NCBI GenBank assembly: GCA_009841605.1 | Contig: VXLM01000122.1 | Coordinates: forward strand, 11,198-75,197 | From: Dehalococcoidia bacterium | GTDB taxonomy: Bacteria; Chloroflexota; Dehalococcoidia; Lucifugimonadales; VXLM01 | DNA: 64,000 nucleotides | Direction: 5' to 3' | Part shown: positions 8,673-19,427 of the stretch, in pieces | How the letters are laid out: the number at the start of each line of letters is the position of its first letter | Position numbering within the stretch: the stretch's first letter is position 1 | The notes under the pieces: model-generated | What the model was told of the DNA's origin: nothing | Seen by the model: the letters and a program-made list of their open reading frames with translations, nothing else | Database searches by the model: none | Position numbers and translations under genes: made by a program

Positions 8673-9971
8673 TTAGGGACCGCTGCTTGTCCACTCATCC
8701 GTGTCGGCGTCGTACGCTTCGACCGTCTTTTCGGTCGCCCCGCCAGCGACCAAAATCCGACCGTCGTTGAGCAGGGTCGCAGTGTGTCCGGAGCGCTCTA
8801 CTGACATCGGGGCGATCTCCGACCACGCCCAAGTCATTGGATCCATGTACTCCGCAGAGTTGACCGGACCGCTTGCGATTGACCCCCCAATGGCAATGAC
8901 TCTACCGTCCGGAAGCAGTGTGATGGTGTGCTTCATTCTTCCATGCACCGTGTCAGGGGCCTTGCTCCATTCGTTCGTCTTCGGATCGAACACTTCGCTT
9001 CCGGGAATTATGCCCCCCTTGGCTCTTGACATGCCGAAGCCTCCCGTGAACAAGACGGTGCCGTCTGAGAGCACGATCGCCGTATTCGCGAACGTCTTAC
9101 GGGCCATCGTAGCCGTCCGCATCCACTCGTCGATGGAGGGGTCGAATACCTCGGAAGACGCTAGCCCTTCGGCCTGATTGTACCCGCCCGCGATGAGCAC
9201 CCTGCCATCTTTCAGCACCAAGGCAAGGCCGCCGCTGTGCCCCTCGCGCATGTCGCTTGCTCGAGACCACGTGTCCGTTTGCGGGTCGTAGATTTCGGTC
9301 GACAGCAGCGCCCCTACAGCGGAGATGTTCGCAAGAATGCCCATGCCGCCCAGGGTTTGGCCTACTCCTCCTACGACTGCCACCCTGCCGTCGTGAAGAG
9401 AAAGCGCAAAGTGCCCCCGGCGCACCGTTCGCATGCCCTCGTGCTCCGACCACTTCCCTGTACTGGGATCGAATATCTCAGTTGTGCCTAATAGTTCGAG
9501 CTTTTCATTCATCCCGCCCGTTACCATCACTCGACCGTCCTTCAGGAGCGTGGCGGAATGTTCCGTTCGAGCCTCTTTCATCTCATCCGCCGCGAACCAG
9601 CGGTTCGTCTCAGGTTCGAATATCTCGACTGTACCGAGAGGATTGAACCCCTCATCCATTCCTCCCACTACCAACACACGACCGTCCCGAAGCAGTGTAG
9701 CGCTATGATTAACCCGAGATTGCATCATCGAGCCGAGGGAGTCCGAGCTCTCGGCGGTTGGAATTGCTTCGATAGTCGGCGTCGCACGCACTTCGGTGCC
9801 AATTGGGCTCGGGTTGACTTTAGGATCGGAGGGCAGTGTGTGATCGTCACCGGAGCTGCAGGCTGCCAGAGTGATGAGGGTAATGATTCCGGCAAGGGTC
9901 GCTGCTGACGCACACATTGACGAGCGCGCAGTCCGTCTCAATTGGCATTCACCGTAGGGGCGTCTAGGCAA
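8673..9971 (-). CDS. Kelch-repeat lipoprotein
   Basis: Lipobox LAAC and seven repeats of R..HSATLL.DGRVLV.GG...E.FDP...W. The start is uncertain. Confidence 0.85.
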   Translation of the reverse strand: MPRRPYGECQLRRTARSSMCASAATLAGIITLITLAACSSGDDHTLPSDPKVNPSPIGTEVRATPTIEAIPTAESSDSLGSMMQSRVNHSATLLRDGRVLVVGGMDEGFNPLGTVEIFEPETNRWFAADEMKEARTEHSATLLKDGRVMVTGGMNEKLELLGTTEIFDPSTGKWSEHEGMRTVRRGHFALSLHDGRVAVVGGVGQTLGGMGILANISAVGALLSTEIYDPQTDTWSRASDMREGHSGGLALVLKDGRVLIAGGYNQAEGLASSEVFDPSIDEWMRTATMARKTFANTAIVLSDGTVLFTGGFGMSRAKGGIIPGSEVFDPKTNEWSKAPDTVHGRMKHTITLLPDGRVIAIGGSIASGPVNSAEYMDPMTWAWSEIAPMSVERSGHTATLLNDGRILVAGGATEKTVEAYDADTDEWTSSGP

Positions 9972-10242
9972 ATTCGCACCGCTCCCTGAGATCAGACTGT
10001 CGATAATAGATATGGTGGTGTCTATGCGTACCCGGCTTCGCCGCAGTCCTTGAATCCGGATTTACGCCTGAGATGGGACCCTCTTGTAGACAGTATCACA
10101 TACACAGTGACGGCGATGGATGACAATTTGGGAAACGCTGAGCTACATTTCATGTATGTGAATCAGGGTGTTGCGGCAGCAGCGTTGTCTTTGGTCCCAT
10201 CAGATATTAGAACCCCATTGCCGAATGACCGTTGTACTTACT

Positions 10243-12285
10243 ATGAGCATATTTCACCGTTTGAGCCGAAAGAGTCGCACGCTGGTACCGGTTCTTATCG
10301 CGACCACAATTTTGACGATGCTGATAATCGCATCGTGCGGGCAGGCGGCGAAACGTCCCACGCCTACAGCTATGCCGCTTCCCGCTGACGAAGCCGCCGA
10401 GTCACCCACACCTGCCACGGCCGGTGCATCTCCGATTTCAGATTCACCTCCCGCGGCTACAGACGTTCCCGCTGTACCTGAAGCAGCTACGCCCGTTCCA
10501 CAGCCGACAGCATTAGCTAGTCCCTCCGCTGTCCTCCCTCGCAGTCTTCCACACGAACTGCCGGAGCGCGATCTTCACACTCTGGCCGAACGACTCGGTG
10601 GAGTGCCGAAAGGCTCGCACCGGACATTGGATGCCGTTCCCATCGAAGAGCAAGTTGGAGATCAACAACAGTTCTTCGTGGTAGACATTGATACCGACAC
10701 GACGTATGTGGTCGACGCGACGCTTCAGGTCGTCAGTCCCAACGCATACTGGTATGTGGATGAGGTGCTGGACATTTCGGACGAGGACCTGCGACTGGCC
10801 GCGAGCGAGTACGAAAGCAGCATTCGACCCCAGATGTTGGAGTCCTTTGGTGATGTGTGGAACCCGGGAGTGGACGGCGATTCCCGGCTGACCATCCTTC
10901 ACTCCGATCTCGGTGGTGGAGTTGCAGGGTACTTCGATTCGCGCAACGAATTCCCACGGCATACGCATCCCCATAGCAACGAGCGGGAAATGCTCTTCAT
11001 GGACGGGGCTGCGTTCCGGCCCGGCACGCCCGAATACATGAAGGTGTTGACTCATGAACTCCAGCACGCCATCCACTGGGCGCACGATCAGGGAGAGGAG
11101 GCTTGGATCAACGAGGGCCTGTCGGAAGTGGCAACGGAACTGGTCGGCTACTCGCCGACCTTCATCGAAGCATTCCTTGGAAGACCGCAGACTCAGCTCA
11201 CATTTTGGGTGGAAGGCGCCGGCAGCATACCTCACTATGGCGCCGCTACCCTCTTCATGCTCTATTTGCTCGAACACTACGGCGACTCCGGCAGCCTCCA
11301 TGAACTCATTGCCAACCCTGCCGATGGTGTCGAGGGCATCAACGATTTTCTCCGTCCGCATGGGAAAACATTCGACGAGGTATACGCCGACTGGATAGCC
11401 GCCAACTACCTCGATTCGGAGACGGGACTATACGGATATTCCGATCATCAAGTACAGGTCTCACGGATCGACCAAATTGACGAGCTAGGAAAGACGACGG
11501 GATACCTCGCGCCGTATTCATCGAGGTACTTTGATTTCTCAACACTGTCCGGTGACATCAAAATCGAATTTCAGGGCGATGCGACCACGCGGCAGGTGCC
11601 TACCAGGTGCCATAGTGGGGACCGGTGTTGGTGGGGCAACCGTGGCGACTCCATTGACACCACGCTGACCCGCGAGTTCGATCTCACGGACCTTTCGGAG
11701 GCGACGCTCGAATTCATGGTGTGGTTCGACATCGAGGAGGGTTGGGACTATGCCTACGTGGAGGCGTCACCCGACGGAGGTGAGACCTGGATCATCTTGG
11801 AGGGCGACCACACCACCGAGGAGAACCCAGTAGGCAACAGCTACGGACACGGCTACACGGGGGCGTCCCTAGGCTGGCTTCAAGAACGCATCGACCTCAC
11901 CCAATTTGCGGGATCAAAGCTGCTGGTCCGATTTGAGTACATTACCGATGCCGCGGTGTACGAGAATGGTCTCGTGATCGACGACATAGGAATACCGGAA
12001 CTCGAGTTCCTTGATGATGCTGAGAGCGACGGTGGGTGGAGCGCACGGGGATTCGAGCGTATCGACAACGTCGTGCCCTTGAATTACGTCGTGCTTGTCA
12101 TTGAGCGCGAGCGTGACGGGACCGACACCGTGCGCCGAATGGAAATCGACCAGCATGGGCACGGTGACATCGCGGTAAGAGGACTGGGCGACGAAGTGTG
12201 GAACACTGTCGTGGTGGTCTCACCCCTTGCCCGTAACACGCATCAACTCTCCCAATTCACCTTGAGGATACGGGAAGGCTCTTAG
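10243..12285 (+). CDS. Secreted or lipid-anchored Zn metallopeptidase with immune inhibitor A-like C-terminal domain
   Basis: Lipobox IASC, P/T/A-rich linker, HELQH...WINEGLSE zincin motif, and a WFDIEEGWDYAYVE...RFEYITD domain. Confidence 0.8.
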   Translation: MSIFHRLSRKSRTLVPVLIATTILTMLIIASCGQAAKRPTPTAMPLPADEAAESPTPATAGASPISDSPPAATDVPAVPEAATPVPQPTALASPSAVLPRSLPHELPERDLHTLAERLGGVPKGSHRTLDAVPIEEQVGDQQQFFVVDIDTDTTYVVDATLQVVSPNAYWYVDEVLDISDEDLRLAASEYESSIRPQMLESFGDVWNPGVDGDSRLTILHSDLGGGVAGYFDSRNEFPRHTHPHSNEREMLFMDGAAFRPGTPEYMKVLTHELQHAIHWAHDQGEEAWINEGLSEVATELVGYSPTFIEAFLGRPQTQLTFWVEGAGSIPHYGAATLFMLYLLEHYGDSGSLHELIANPADGVEGINDFLRPHGKTFDEVYADWIAANYLDSETGLYGYSDHQVQVSRIDQIDELGKTTGYLAPYSSRYFDFSTLSGDIKIEFQGDATTRQVPTRCHSGDRCWWGNRGDSIDTTLTREFDLTDLSEATLEFMVWFDIEEGWDYAYVEASPDGGETWIILEGDHTTEENPVGNSYGHGYTGASLGWLQERIDLTQFAGSKLLVRFEYITDAAVYENGLVIDDIGIPELEFLDDAESDGGWSARGFERIDNVVPLNYVVLVIERERDGTDTVRRMEIDQHGHGDIAVRGLGDEVWNTVVVVSPLARNTHQLSQFTLRIREGS

Positions 12286-12292
12286 ACGAACT

Positions 12293-12898
12293 CTAGAGTT
12301 CGTCCAAGCGGTAGTAACTGTCCTTGTTGACGCCCTCCGTGTCCCCCTCTGGGGCCGCACCTGCGAGAAGCTCGTCGATCCACGTCTTGAGCGTGTCGAT
12401 GTCGATCTCGCCGACCCACCGTCGAGCCACCGTTCCGTCGCCGTCGACCACGAACGTCACAGGGATGCCTACGACTCCATAGTCGATGGAGATGCGTCCC
12501 CCTACGTCGAGGCCGTTGGGGTAGGTGACTCCGAACTCATCGAGGAACCGTTTCGCGGGCTCCGGGGTGTCCTGAATGTTCGCGCCAACGAAGAGAACAT
12601 CTTTGTCTTGATAAACTTGCGACGCGGCCTCCAGGTCGCGGGCCTCCGTGCGGCAGGGGGGGCATGTCGATGTCCAGAAGTTGATGACCACGACTTTGCC
12701 GCGCTGTTCGGATAGCGTGATATCGCCGTCACCGAGCAACTCCAACCGAAAGTCGGGAGCGGGTTGATCGACCCGGGTAATGCCGCTCAGTCCCGTGATG
12801 GAAGACCTGTTGGACAGTCCCCATGCCAAGAGACCCACAAGCCCCACGATGAACAGTGTGCCTACGACGAGGATGCCAATGCGTAGGGTGATGCTCAC
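12293..12898 (-). CDS. TlpA/ResA-like thiol-disulfide oxidoreductase
   Basis: N-terminal TM helix, APDF, INFWTSTCPPC and YGVVGIPVTF. Confidence 0.88.
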   Translation of the reverse strand: MSITLRIGILVVGTLFIVGLVGLLAWGLSNRSSITGLSGITRVDQPAPDFRLELLGDGDITLSEQRGKVVVINFWTSTCPPCRTEARDLEAASQVYQDKDVLFVGANIQDTPEPAKRFLDEFGVTYPNGLDVGGRISIDYGVVGIPVTFVVDGDGTVARRWVGEIDIDTLKTWIDELLAGAAPEGDTEGVNKDSYYRLDEL

Positions 12899-12996
12899 GG
12901 CGTGGTGACAGGAGCCAAAGAGGACTCAAGCAGATGCGAGAACTGCACTCGGGCAGGAGAGTGTCGATAGTGCGAACGGTCAGAGCGCAACTGCAA

Positions 12997-14280
12997 CTAA
13001 CCGGAACTCGGCTGAATACGCTCGGACTCCGGTATCTCGACGATGTCCACGAGGGCGGCAGTTACTAGGACCCGCTCCGAGTATTCGAACTGTGGCCAGC
13101 AGGCCACCAGCGTAATATCGTTCAAGCCTGAGTCCGACACGGCGAACTCACTCGCATGGACGACGTCGGTTCTGTAGACCTGATATACGTATCTGTCGTT
13201 GCCTGCGTCCAATTGGATGGTGAATTGCTCTCCTCGCTTGAACCGAGCGGCCAATTCAGGCAAGTGGCGGAATATGTTGCCCTCGCCGCTAATAGGACTT
13301 TCGAGGTGACCGAAGTACCAGCCCTGACCCGAGGTTCCGGGCTTCGCCGTGGTTGGGATGTGTCCCACGACGTGTTTCGGAGTCTCCCACGTGCGGCTGT
13401 CATCCTCTTCGACGACTTCGAGCTCTTCGACAGTGGCTCTCAGGCCGATTTCGGGAATTATCATTCGCGTGGCGAATTCAGGCTCTGGGATGGCGGGCGT
13501 CGCGCGCTTAAAGTTGGATTCAAGCAACGCGGCTATCATCTGTTCGTTCGTCGTCGGATTCCGGTTTGAATTTGGCGAGATAACGCGTATCGACGAGCTA
13601 TTTCCCGCGGTGGGCTCGATCTCAAACTTCTCGATGTCAATCTGATCGACAGCTGTCTGCTCCTCCGGTTCAATGCCCACGTATCCGGGGCGTCGGGCCT
13701 GCAGAAGGACCAATTCCTTGATAGCCGCGCCGATACGACCGTTTTCGGGCACAGCGATCATACTTATCTGCTCTGTGCTGGGAGTCCAAGCATCGGATTC
13801 TTCTACCCTATAGGCTGGGACATCAAGAGGTGCGTCTATGGGTGCCTGCACCGTTTCCGGCTGTCCTGGCGAAGTCAGCTTCTCAGTGTCGAAGACTGGA
13901 GTTTCGGGGTCCACCGCCTCTGTCCGGGTGGCTGCCTCCGATGCATTCGACGTTCCCCTAGCCACGCGATGCTCTGGGTGCGAGGCGGCAGACGCCATCT
14001 CAATCGCTTGGGACTGTCCTACGTCGGGGTGGCTTTCAGCATCGACATAGGCGGATGAAAGCCCACCGGAGAGGGTAGGGCGTTGTACCTGATGAACTAG
14101 GTCGTCACGCCCCATCTTCGTGAACTGGGCGTATGCGTAGTACCCGCCGGACGCAGTCAGCAACAGCGCCCCGACGGCCAGCATCACCGCGCCGGCTACT
14201 CTGTATCTGCTAGCTCGCAATGCTGCACCAAATCTTCTCTGTGAGGCCAACGTTCTCGACCAATTGCGCAGCGTCTCCAA
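12997..14280 (-). CDS. Sortase with long low-complexity N-terminal linker
   Basis: TM anchor, then C-terminal VGHIPTTAKPG, FGH, ITLVACWP...R (His/Cys/Arg triad). Confidence 0.8.
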   Translation of the reverse strand: METLRNWSRTLASQRRFGAALRASRYRVAGAVMLAVGALLLTASGGYYAYAQFTKMGRDDLVHQVQRPTLSGGLSSAYVDAESHPDVGQSQAIEMASAASHPEHRVARGTSNASEAATRTEAVDPETPVFDTEKLTSPGQPETVQAPIDAPLDVPAYRVEESDAWTPSTEQISMIAVPENGRIGAAIKELVLLQARRPGYVGIEPEEQTAVDQIDIEKFEIEPTAGNSSSIRVISPNSNRNPTTNEQMIAALLESNFKRATPAIPEPEFATRMIIPEIGLRATVEELEVVEEDDSRTWETPKHVVGHIPTTAKPGTSGQGWYFGHLESPISGEGNIFRHLPELAARFKRGEQFTIQLDAGNDRYVYQVYRTDVVHASEFAVSDSGLNDITLVACWPQFEYSERVLVTAALVDIVEIPESERIQPSSG

Positions 14281-14406
14281 AGCCTCACGGTTCGGTACTG
14301 GCTTCCTTACTGTATAGTATACACCCGATCATTTGTTGTCGACTCGAAGGCTCTCTACGAGCGAAAACTGAATCGCAAGTCTCCCATCTCACGAAGGATT
14401 TCTCTC

Positions 14407-15954
14407 ATGTCCGAACCCAAGCGCATCGTATTGAATGACGACGGATGGATCATGTCGCAGATCATGACTCCCGTGACGACGGCTGTACTCAAGGAGCGGA
14501 TCGTCGATACCTACGTGGACTCCGGGCTCGACACCCTCTCCTGGTGCATGGGAGATACGGGCCGTCAGCGTTACGAGACCTTGGATATTCTCGCTCAACC
14601 CAACTATCTTCCACAAGGTCGCGAGAACGATCTGGCGGCCCAAAACTTGCGGCGGCTCATCGACTCCGACGGTGGGCCCGTCACGATCTTCACGAAATTC
14701 TGCCATGAGATAGGCCTCAAGTTCCTGCCGTCGGTCAGGATGAACTCTCACTACGACCGCTCTGTTGCCGATGATGTCGGCAGCATTCGGCAAGACCATC
14801 CGGAGTACCTGCTCGGTCAAGCGGATGAGGAATTCGTACCGAACACAACCCAGTGGGGCATTCGCACGGGGCTCGACTACGCCCGACCGGAGGTGAGGTC
14901 GCACGTCGCCGCATTGGTTATCGACCTGTTTGAGCGCTTCGATACGGACGGGGTGGAACTCGACTTCATGCGCCATCCGGCGTTCATCCGCGTCGAAGAG
15001 GCGTATGGCAGCCGTCATCTGATAACGGACATGCTGCGGCGGATCAGGGCGCGCATGGACGAGGTATCCGCCTCCAGCGGGCGGGATCTTGAGATACTGG
15101 TCCGCGTGCCGCCGACCCTGGCTGACTCGGCGCGAATCGGGCTCGACGTGGAGACGTGGATACGGGAGGGGATTGTCGATACGGTAGCTGCAGGAGGAGG
15201 CTTCATTCCGCTGCACGCGCCAGTCGAGGAGTTCGTAGACGCGGCGCAAGGCACCGACTGCCAAATACTGGGGGCAATCGAATCGCTGCGTCCGGCGACG
15301 GAGGAGGAGTCTGTCCAAGCCATAGCCTCGCGCCTGTATGAGGGCGGGGCGTCGGGCCTATACCTCTTCAACTTCTGGCACAAGTCAGCGGACTGGAAGC
15401 GGCGGGTGCTGAATGTCCTGACCGACCCCGACCGACTCGCGCGTGCCACGAAGCGATACGAGATGGAGTACATGGAGCGACTCACGCCAAACGATCTACA
15501 CTCATACGCATTCCGGTATGCGGTGCCTGCAGTGCAACTTCCGGTCGGTCTGGGCTTCAACCTGACCGGGCGAGGGACGGGACTCTCACTCACGATTGGC
15601 GACGACGTCGAGCGGGCCGCGGCTGACGGCGAAATCGCGTGGTGCACGCTGGAGTTGGGATTCAGCGACATCTCCGCGGAAGATGAGATCGAGGTGTTGG
15701 TCAACGGTGTTCCGCTGCCATCCGAAACGGCGACACGGCGATTTGGGACGTGGAGCCGACAGGAGTGGACAAAGTTCCCCGATCGTCTCGCCGAGGTAGA
15801 CTACGACGGCGGGGTCATCGAGTACGAGCTGGACGGTCCGCCTTTCAGAAAGGGCGAGAACGAGATCGAGATTCGCACGGTCATGCGGACGGTCATGAAG
15901 GGTGAGATACTTTCCCTTCGCCACGTGGAACTGCAGATAGAGTATGACGTCTAA
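14407..15954 (+). CDS. Glycosyl hydrolase-like 10 (TIM-barrel) family protein
   Basis: LNDDG, SVRMN, LDYARPEVR, DGVELDFMR and GLYLFN. Confidence 0.7.
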   Translation: MSEPKRIVLNDDGWIMSQIMTPVTTAVLKERIVDTYVDSGLDTLSWCMGDTGRQRYETLDILAQPNYLPQGRENDLAAQNLRRLIDSDGGPVTIFTKFCHEIGLKFLPSVRMNSHYDRSVADDVGSIRQDHPEYLLGQADEEFVPNTTQWGIRTGLDYARPEVRSHVAALVIDLFERFDTDGVELDFMRHPAFIRVEEAYGSRHLITDMLRRIRARMDEVSASSGRDLEILVRVPPTLADSARIGLDVETWIREGIVDTVAAGGGFIPLHAPVEEFVDAAQGTDCQILGAIESLRPATEEESVQAIASRLYEGGASGLYLFNFWHKSADWKRRVLNVLTDPDRLARATKRYEMEYMERLTPNDLHSYAFRYAVPAVQLPVGLGFNLTGRGTGLSLTIGDDVERAAADGEIAWCTLELGFSDISAEDEIEVLVNGVPLPSETATRRFGTWSRQEWTKFPDRLAEVDYDGGVIEYELDGPPFRKGENEIEIRTVMRTVMKGEILSLRHVELQIEYDV

Positions 15955-17021
15955 CGGACCGTAACCATCCTGCCCGTTTCCGAGGACTCAATCGCGGCCT
16001 CAATAATGTCCAGCACGTGGACCATGGCCTCTATCGACGCGAGGGCAGTTTCGCCGTCGCGTGAAGCGTGGAGGAACTGTCGAACGAACTCCTCGCCAGC
16101 GACTCCGCCGTAGGCCGGAGAGCTTGGGGGCGTGAAAGAGTAGTCGCGGACACCACCAGAAGCCCATCCGTCGGCGATGCTGTTTAGACTGTAGCCTCCT
16201 CGCTCGGAGAGGGGGATGCGGACGTATCCCTCCGTGCCTCTCAGGGCCATGAAGGCGTCGTACCTCGCGCCGGAGTACCCTGATGAGCTCCCCACTAGAT
16301 GATATCCCGCGTGGATGGTGCCGAGTACGCCGCTCTTGAACCTGACGACAAGGCAAGCGGTGTCCTCCACGTCGATGGGAAAGGGGTTCTTGGTGTCCAC
16401 CATGGCGGACACCGACTCGATCCGGTCGTCGAGCAGGTAACACAGGGCGTCGATGTGATGGCACCCCAGCCACGACAAGATGCCGCTGCCCGCCTTCGAC
16501 TTGTCGAACAGCCAGAAGTTTGGGTCGCGGTAACGCACCTGTGAGGTCACTTGCCTAGCTTCTACGGCCATGATGTCTCCCAGCGTGCCTCCGTTTACGG
16601 CGCGCTTGACGTCGAGGATGACGGGATCGTTCCGAAACGTCAGCATGGTGCCCATCGTTAGGTTCTTGCCCCCGGCGGCATCGGCGATACCGCGAAGGCG
16701 GTCCGCCGTCAGGGCTCCAGGTTTTTCGAATAGGGCGCCCTTGCCTGCGTCGATCGCGGCGTCGAGCACTGAGGGGCACTCGTCGTTTCGTACGGAGACC
16801 AAGAGAGCGTCCACATCGTGCTTCAGCATCTCTTCCAGATTCTCGGACTCCGAGACGATCTTCGAGGACGCCTGTCGGATGGCGTCCCGATCGCCGCCAC
16901 CCAGGTGGCAGACATGGACGGCTTCGACTTCGGGCAGCACCTCCAGGGTCCGCATGTGCATGAGCGAATGGGGGTTTTCGGTAGTGACAAAGCCGACGGA
17001 GAACCGGTCTTGAGTAGGCAC
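15951..17021 (-). CDS. Gfo/Idh/MocA family oxidoreductase
   Basis: EKPG, GSGILSWLGCHHID, DVEDTA, and C-terminal AAIESSETG. Confidence 0.85.
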   Translation of the reverse strand: MPTQDRFSVGFVTTENPHSLMHMRTLEVLPEVEAVHVCHLGGGDRDAIRQASSKIVSESENLEEMLKHDVDALLVSVRNDECPSVLDAAIDAGKGALFEKPGALTADRLRGIADAAGGKNLTMGTMLTFRNDPVILDVKRAVNGGTLGDIMAVEARQVTSQVRYRDPNFWLFDKSKAGSGILSWLGCHHIDALCYLLDDRIESVSAMVDTKNPFPIDVEDTACLVVRFKSGVLGTIHAGYHLVGSSSGYSGARYDAFMALRGTEGYVRIPLSERGGYSLNSIADGWASGGVRDYSFTPPSSPAYGGVAGEEFVRQFLHASRDGETALASIEAMVHVLDIIEAAIESSETGRMVTVR

Positions 17022-17079
17022 AGAGGGTTCCTCCTAAAGAGACTGTATGAAGGCAAAGCCGCCTTGCGGGAAGTACGAG

Positions 17080-18192
17080 CTATTCCGACAGGGCCGTCCG
17101 AAGGCTTTCGGCGACTATCTCCGGCTCACCGTCCGTGAGATTGTGGGCGACGAGCAGGAGGGAGTCTGCTCCGGCGGTGTCGGCACGGATGCGGGGCGAC
17201 ATGTTGCTCAGGGCCTCGATAACGCCGGGAGCGTCCTTGCCCAGGGCTTTCGTATCGAGCGTTACGTTCAAAGCGATGGCCATGTAGTTGTCGGAGGCTT
17301 CAATCGACGTGGCCGCGACAGAATCGAGGCCGCTCACGGCGTCTTGGATGATTCCGAGCTTTCCTCCGGCCATTAGGAGGCGCTCCTCGTGGTCCATTGC
17401 GAACCACTCACTCACGGCGGTGACGAGGCCGACAATCTCCTGCCGGTCCATCTTCATGGCGCGTCCGAACGGTTTGCCCGGAGAGATGAATCCATGCCCC
17501 ACGGCCGCATCGACTAAGTCCTTTCGGCCACACAGGAATCCTGTCGAGTGGGGGGCACCCATGTACTTGCCGCCGAAGCAGGCCAGGTCGGCCTTCTGGG
17601 CGTTTTCGAGGAAGTAGTCGATCGGGTAGATCTGGGCCGCGCAGTCGGCGAGGATGGGCAGGCCGTGGTCGTGGGCGAGTTTGGTCGCATCGTCATAGCT
17701 GACGACCGAGTCGGTGTTGTTCTTGGTCACGAGGTAGACGATGCCGGCCGTCGAGGGGCCGATTGCCGCCTCCATCTGCTCGATGGAGCAGCCGTTCTTG
17801 TCGCCGACCTTTACGAGCTTTCCTCCCGGAACGCTGTAGGCCCGGTCGTAGCCGTAGGACTGCGCTTCCTGGAAGACGAAATCGTTCTTCAGCCCGGTCG
17901 TGTCGGGGATCTGCGCCATCTTATCGGGGTCGCTGCCGGTCATCAGGGCCGCGGTGCTGAGGACGAGCGCGGAGAAGCAGCCGGACGTAGGGTAGGCCGC
18001 CTCGACGTCGAGCGCCTCGGCGATCAACTCGCCGGACTTCTCCAACAGCTCGGCCATCTCGACCCAGTAGCCACTGGCCTCGTCCATTGCCCGCTGGACT
18101 GCCGGGGAAGGCGTGGAGCCTCCCCAAACCGTCGTGTTGCCGCTTGCGTTGATGACCGGACGCGCGCCCAGTCGCGTGTAGATATCTGTCAT
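17080..18192 (-). CDS. SelA-like/DgaE family PLP-dependent enzyme (paralogue 2)
   Basis: MTDIYTRLGARPVINASG, ADLACFGGKY (PLP Lys) and GRAMKMDRQEIVG. Start at ATG 18192. Confidence 0.85.
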   Translation of the reverse strand: MTDIYTRLGARPVINASGNTTVWGGSTPSPAVQRAMDEASGYWVEMAELLEKSGELIAEALDVEAAYPTSGCFSALVLSTAALMTGSDPDKMAQIPDTTGLKNDFVFQEAQSYGYDRAYSVPGGKLVKVGDKNGCSIEQMEAAIGPSTAGIVYLVTKNNTDSVVSYDDATKLAHDHGLPILADCAAQIYPIDYFLENAQKADLACFGGKYMGAPHSTGFLCGRKDLVDAAVGHGFISPGKPFGRAMKMDRQEIVGLVTAVSEWFAMDHEERLLMAGGKLGIIQDAVSGLDSVAATSIEASDNYMAIALNVTLDTKALGKDAPGVIEALSNMSPRIRADTAGADSLLLVAHNLTDGEPEIVAESLRTALSE

Positions 18193-18283
18193 GTTCAGCC
18201 TTCCGAGTTGATTTTCCCGCACTGCATAAACGAGAAGCTGTCCTAATTCATCGCTTTTCAGATACGGCGCCTGTGTTCGGCGG

Positions 18284-19408
18284 TTAGCGTAGCGCAGCGC
18301 GCAGGCGTTCCGCAATAACCTCCGGCTGGCCTTCGTGGAGCGTGTGGAGGGCGATGCGTATTGAAGCGTCCTGGTGACCGACGAGTATGCTCGGCGTCCC
18401 CCCAGCCAGTTCGTCGGCAACCGCGTGTCCGGTCACCGAAATCACCTCCGGGTCGAAATCTACCATCAGGGCTGCCGATGCGTGACTCTCGATGCGCTCG
18501 AAATCGGTCGAAACACCCGCAACGTCGTCGACGGCGCTTTGGATGATCTGTGCCATGGCAAGAAGGCCGAGTATCCTGTCCTCGTGGTCAATGGTCAGCC
18601 ACTCTTCGAGGGCGACGACCATGCCGACGATCTCCTGCCGGTCGACCTTCATCGAGCGACCGAAAGAGCGGGGCCGATCACCCGACTGCGAGGCGACGAA
18701 TCCCTGACGAGTGGCGTCGTGCACCAGATCGGCGCGTCCACAGAGAAAGCCAGTCGAGCTCGGCGCACCGAAGTATTTTCCTCCGAAGCACACGAGGTCG
18801 GCGGCACCAGAAATCCACCGCATCCGGTCGATGGGGTACGCCTGGTAGGCGGCATCGACTATGACCGGGACATCGTGTCTGCGTCCGATGTCCATGGCGT
18901 CGGGGATCGAGACAGTTGACGGGTCTTCGGCTCCGCGCGTCTTGTCGACGTACCCGATGCCCGCGGTATCCGGAGTTACGGCCTCTTCCATTTCCTGCGC
19001 GGTGCATCCCTCCTCGTCCCCAATCACGACGAGCGTACCGCCGGGGACGACGTAGCACCTATCGTAGAAGTAGCGCTGCTTTCGCTGGAAGATGAACTCG
19101 TGCTTCATGCCCGTCGTGTCGGGCAGTTTGCCAAGGTCTTCCTTCTCAGGACCGGCCATGACTCCCGCGGCGGCGTGGAGGATGGCGGAGGCGCAGCCTG
19201 ACGTGATGAATGCCGCCTCCACGCCGAGGAGCTCGGCGACCCGTTCGCCCGTGCGGTCCATGAGCTCGGGCATGGAGCAGTAGTAGTAGTCTGCGTCTTC
19301 CATGGCCTGTTTGGCTCTGGCGGTCGGTGTCGAGCCGCCGAGAAACGTCTTGTTGCCGATGCCGTTGATTACAGGCGTGACGCCTAGCCGGCTGTAGATG
19401 TCGGTCAT
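18284..19408 (-). CDS. SelA-like/DgaE family PLP-dependent enzyme (paralogue 1)
   Basis: MTDIYSRLGVTPVING, VDAA, ADLVCFGGKY and GRSMKVDRQEIVG. Confidence 0.85.
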   Translation of the reverse strand: MTDIYSRLGVTPVINGIGNKTFLGGSTPTARAKQAMEDADYYYCSMPELMDRTGERVAELLGVEAAFITSGCASAILHAAAGVMAGPEKEDLGKLPDTTGMKHEFIFQRKQRYFYDRCYVVPGGTLVVIGDEEGCTAQEMEEAVTPDTAGIGYVDKTRGAEDPSTVSIPDAMDIGRRHDVPVIVDAAYQAYPIDRMRWISGAADLVCFGGKYFGAPSSTGFLCGRADLVHDATRQGFVASQSGDRPRSFGRSMKVDRQEIVGMVVALEEWLTIDHEDRILGLLAMAQIIQSAVDDVAGVSTDFERIESHASAALMVDFDPEVISVTGHAVADELAGGTPSILVGHQDASIRIALHTLHEGQPEVIAERLRAALR

Positions 19409-19427
19409 GGTTTCCCTCGTTTGGGAC

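Noticed and set aside
17080-19408. Selenocysteine synthesis (selA) locus
   Set aside because: There is no selB, selD or tRNA-Sec, and the proteins are the shorter DgaE-like type in a catabolic context.
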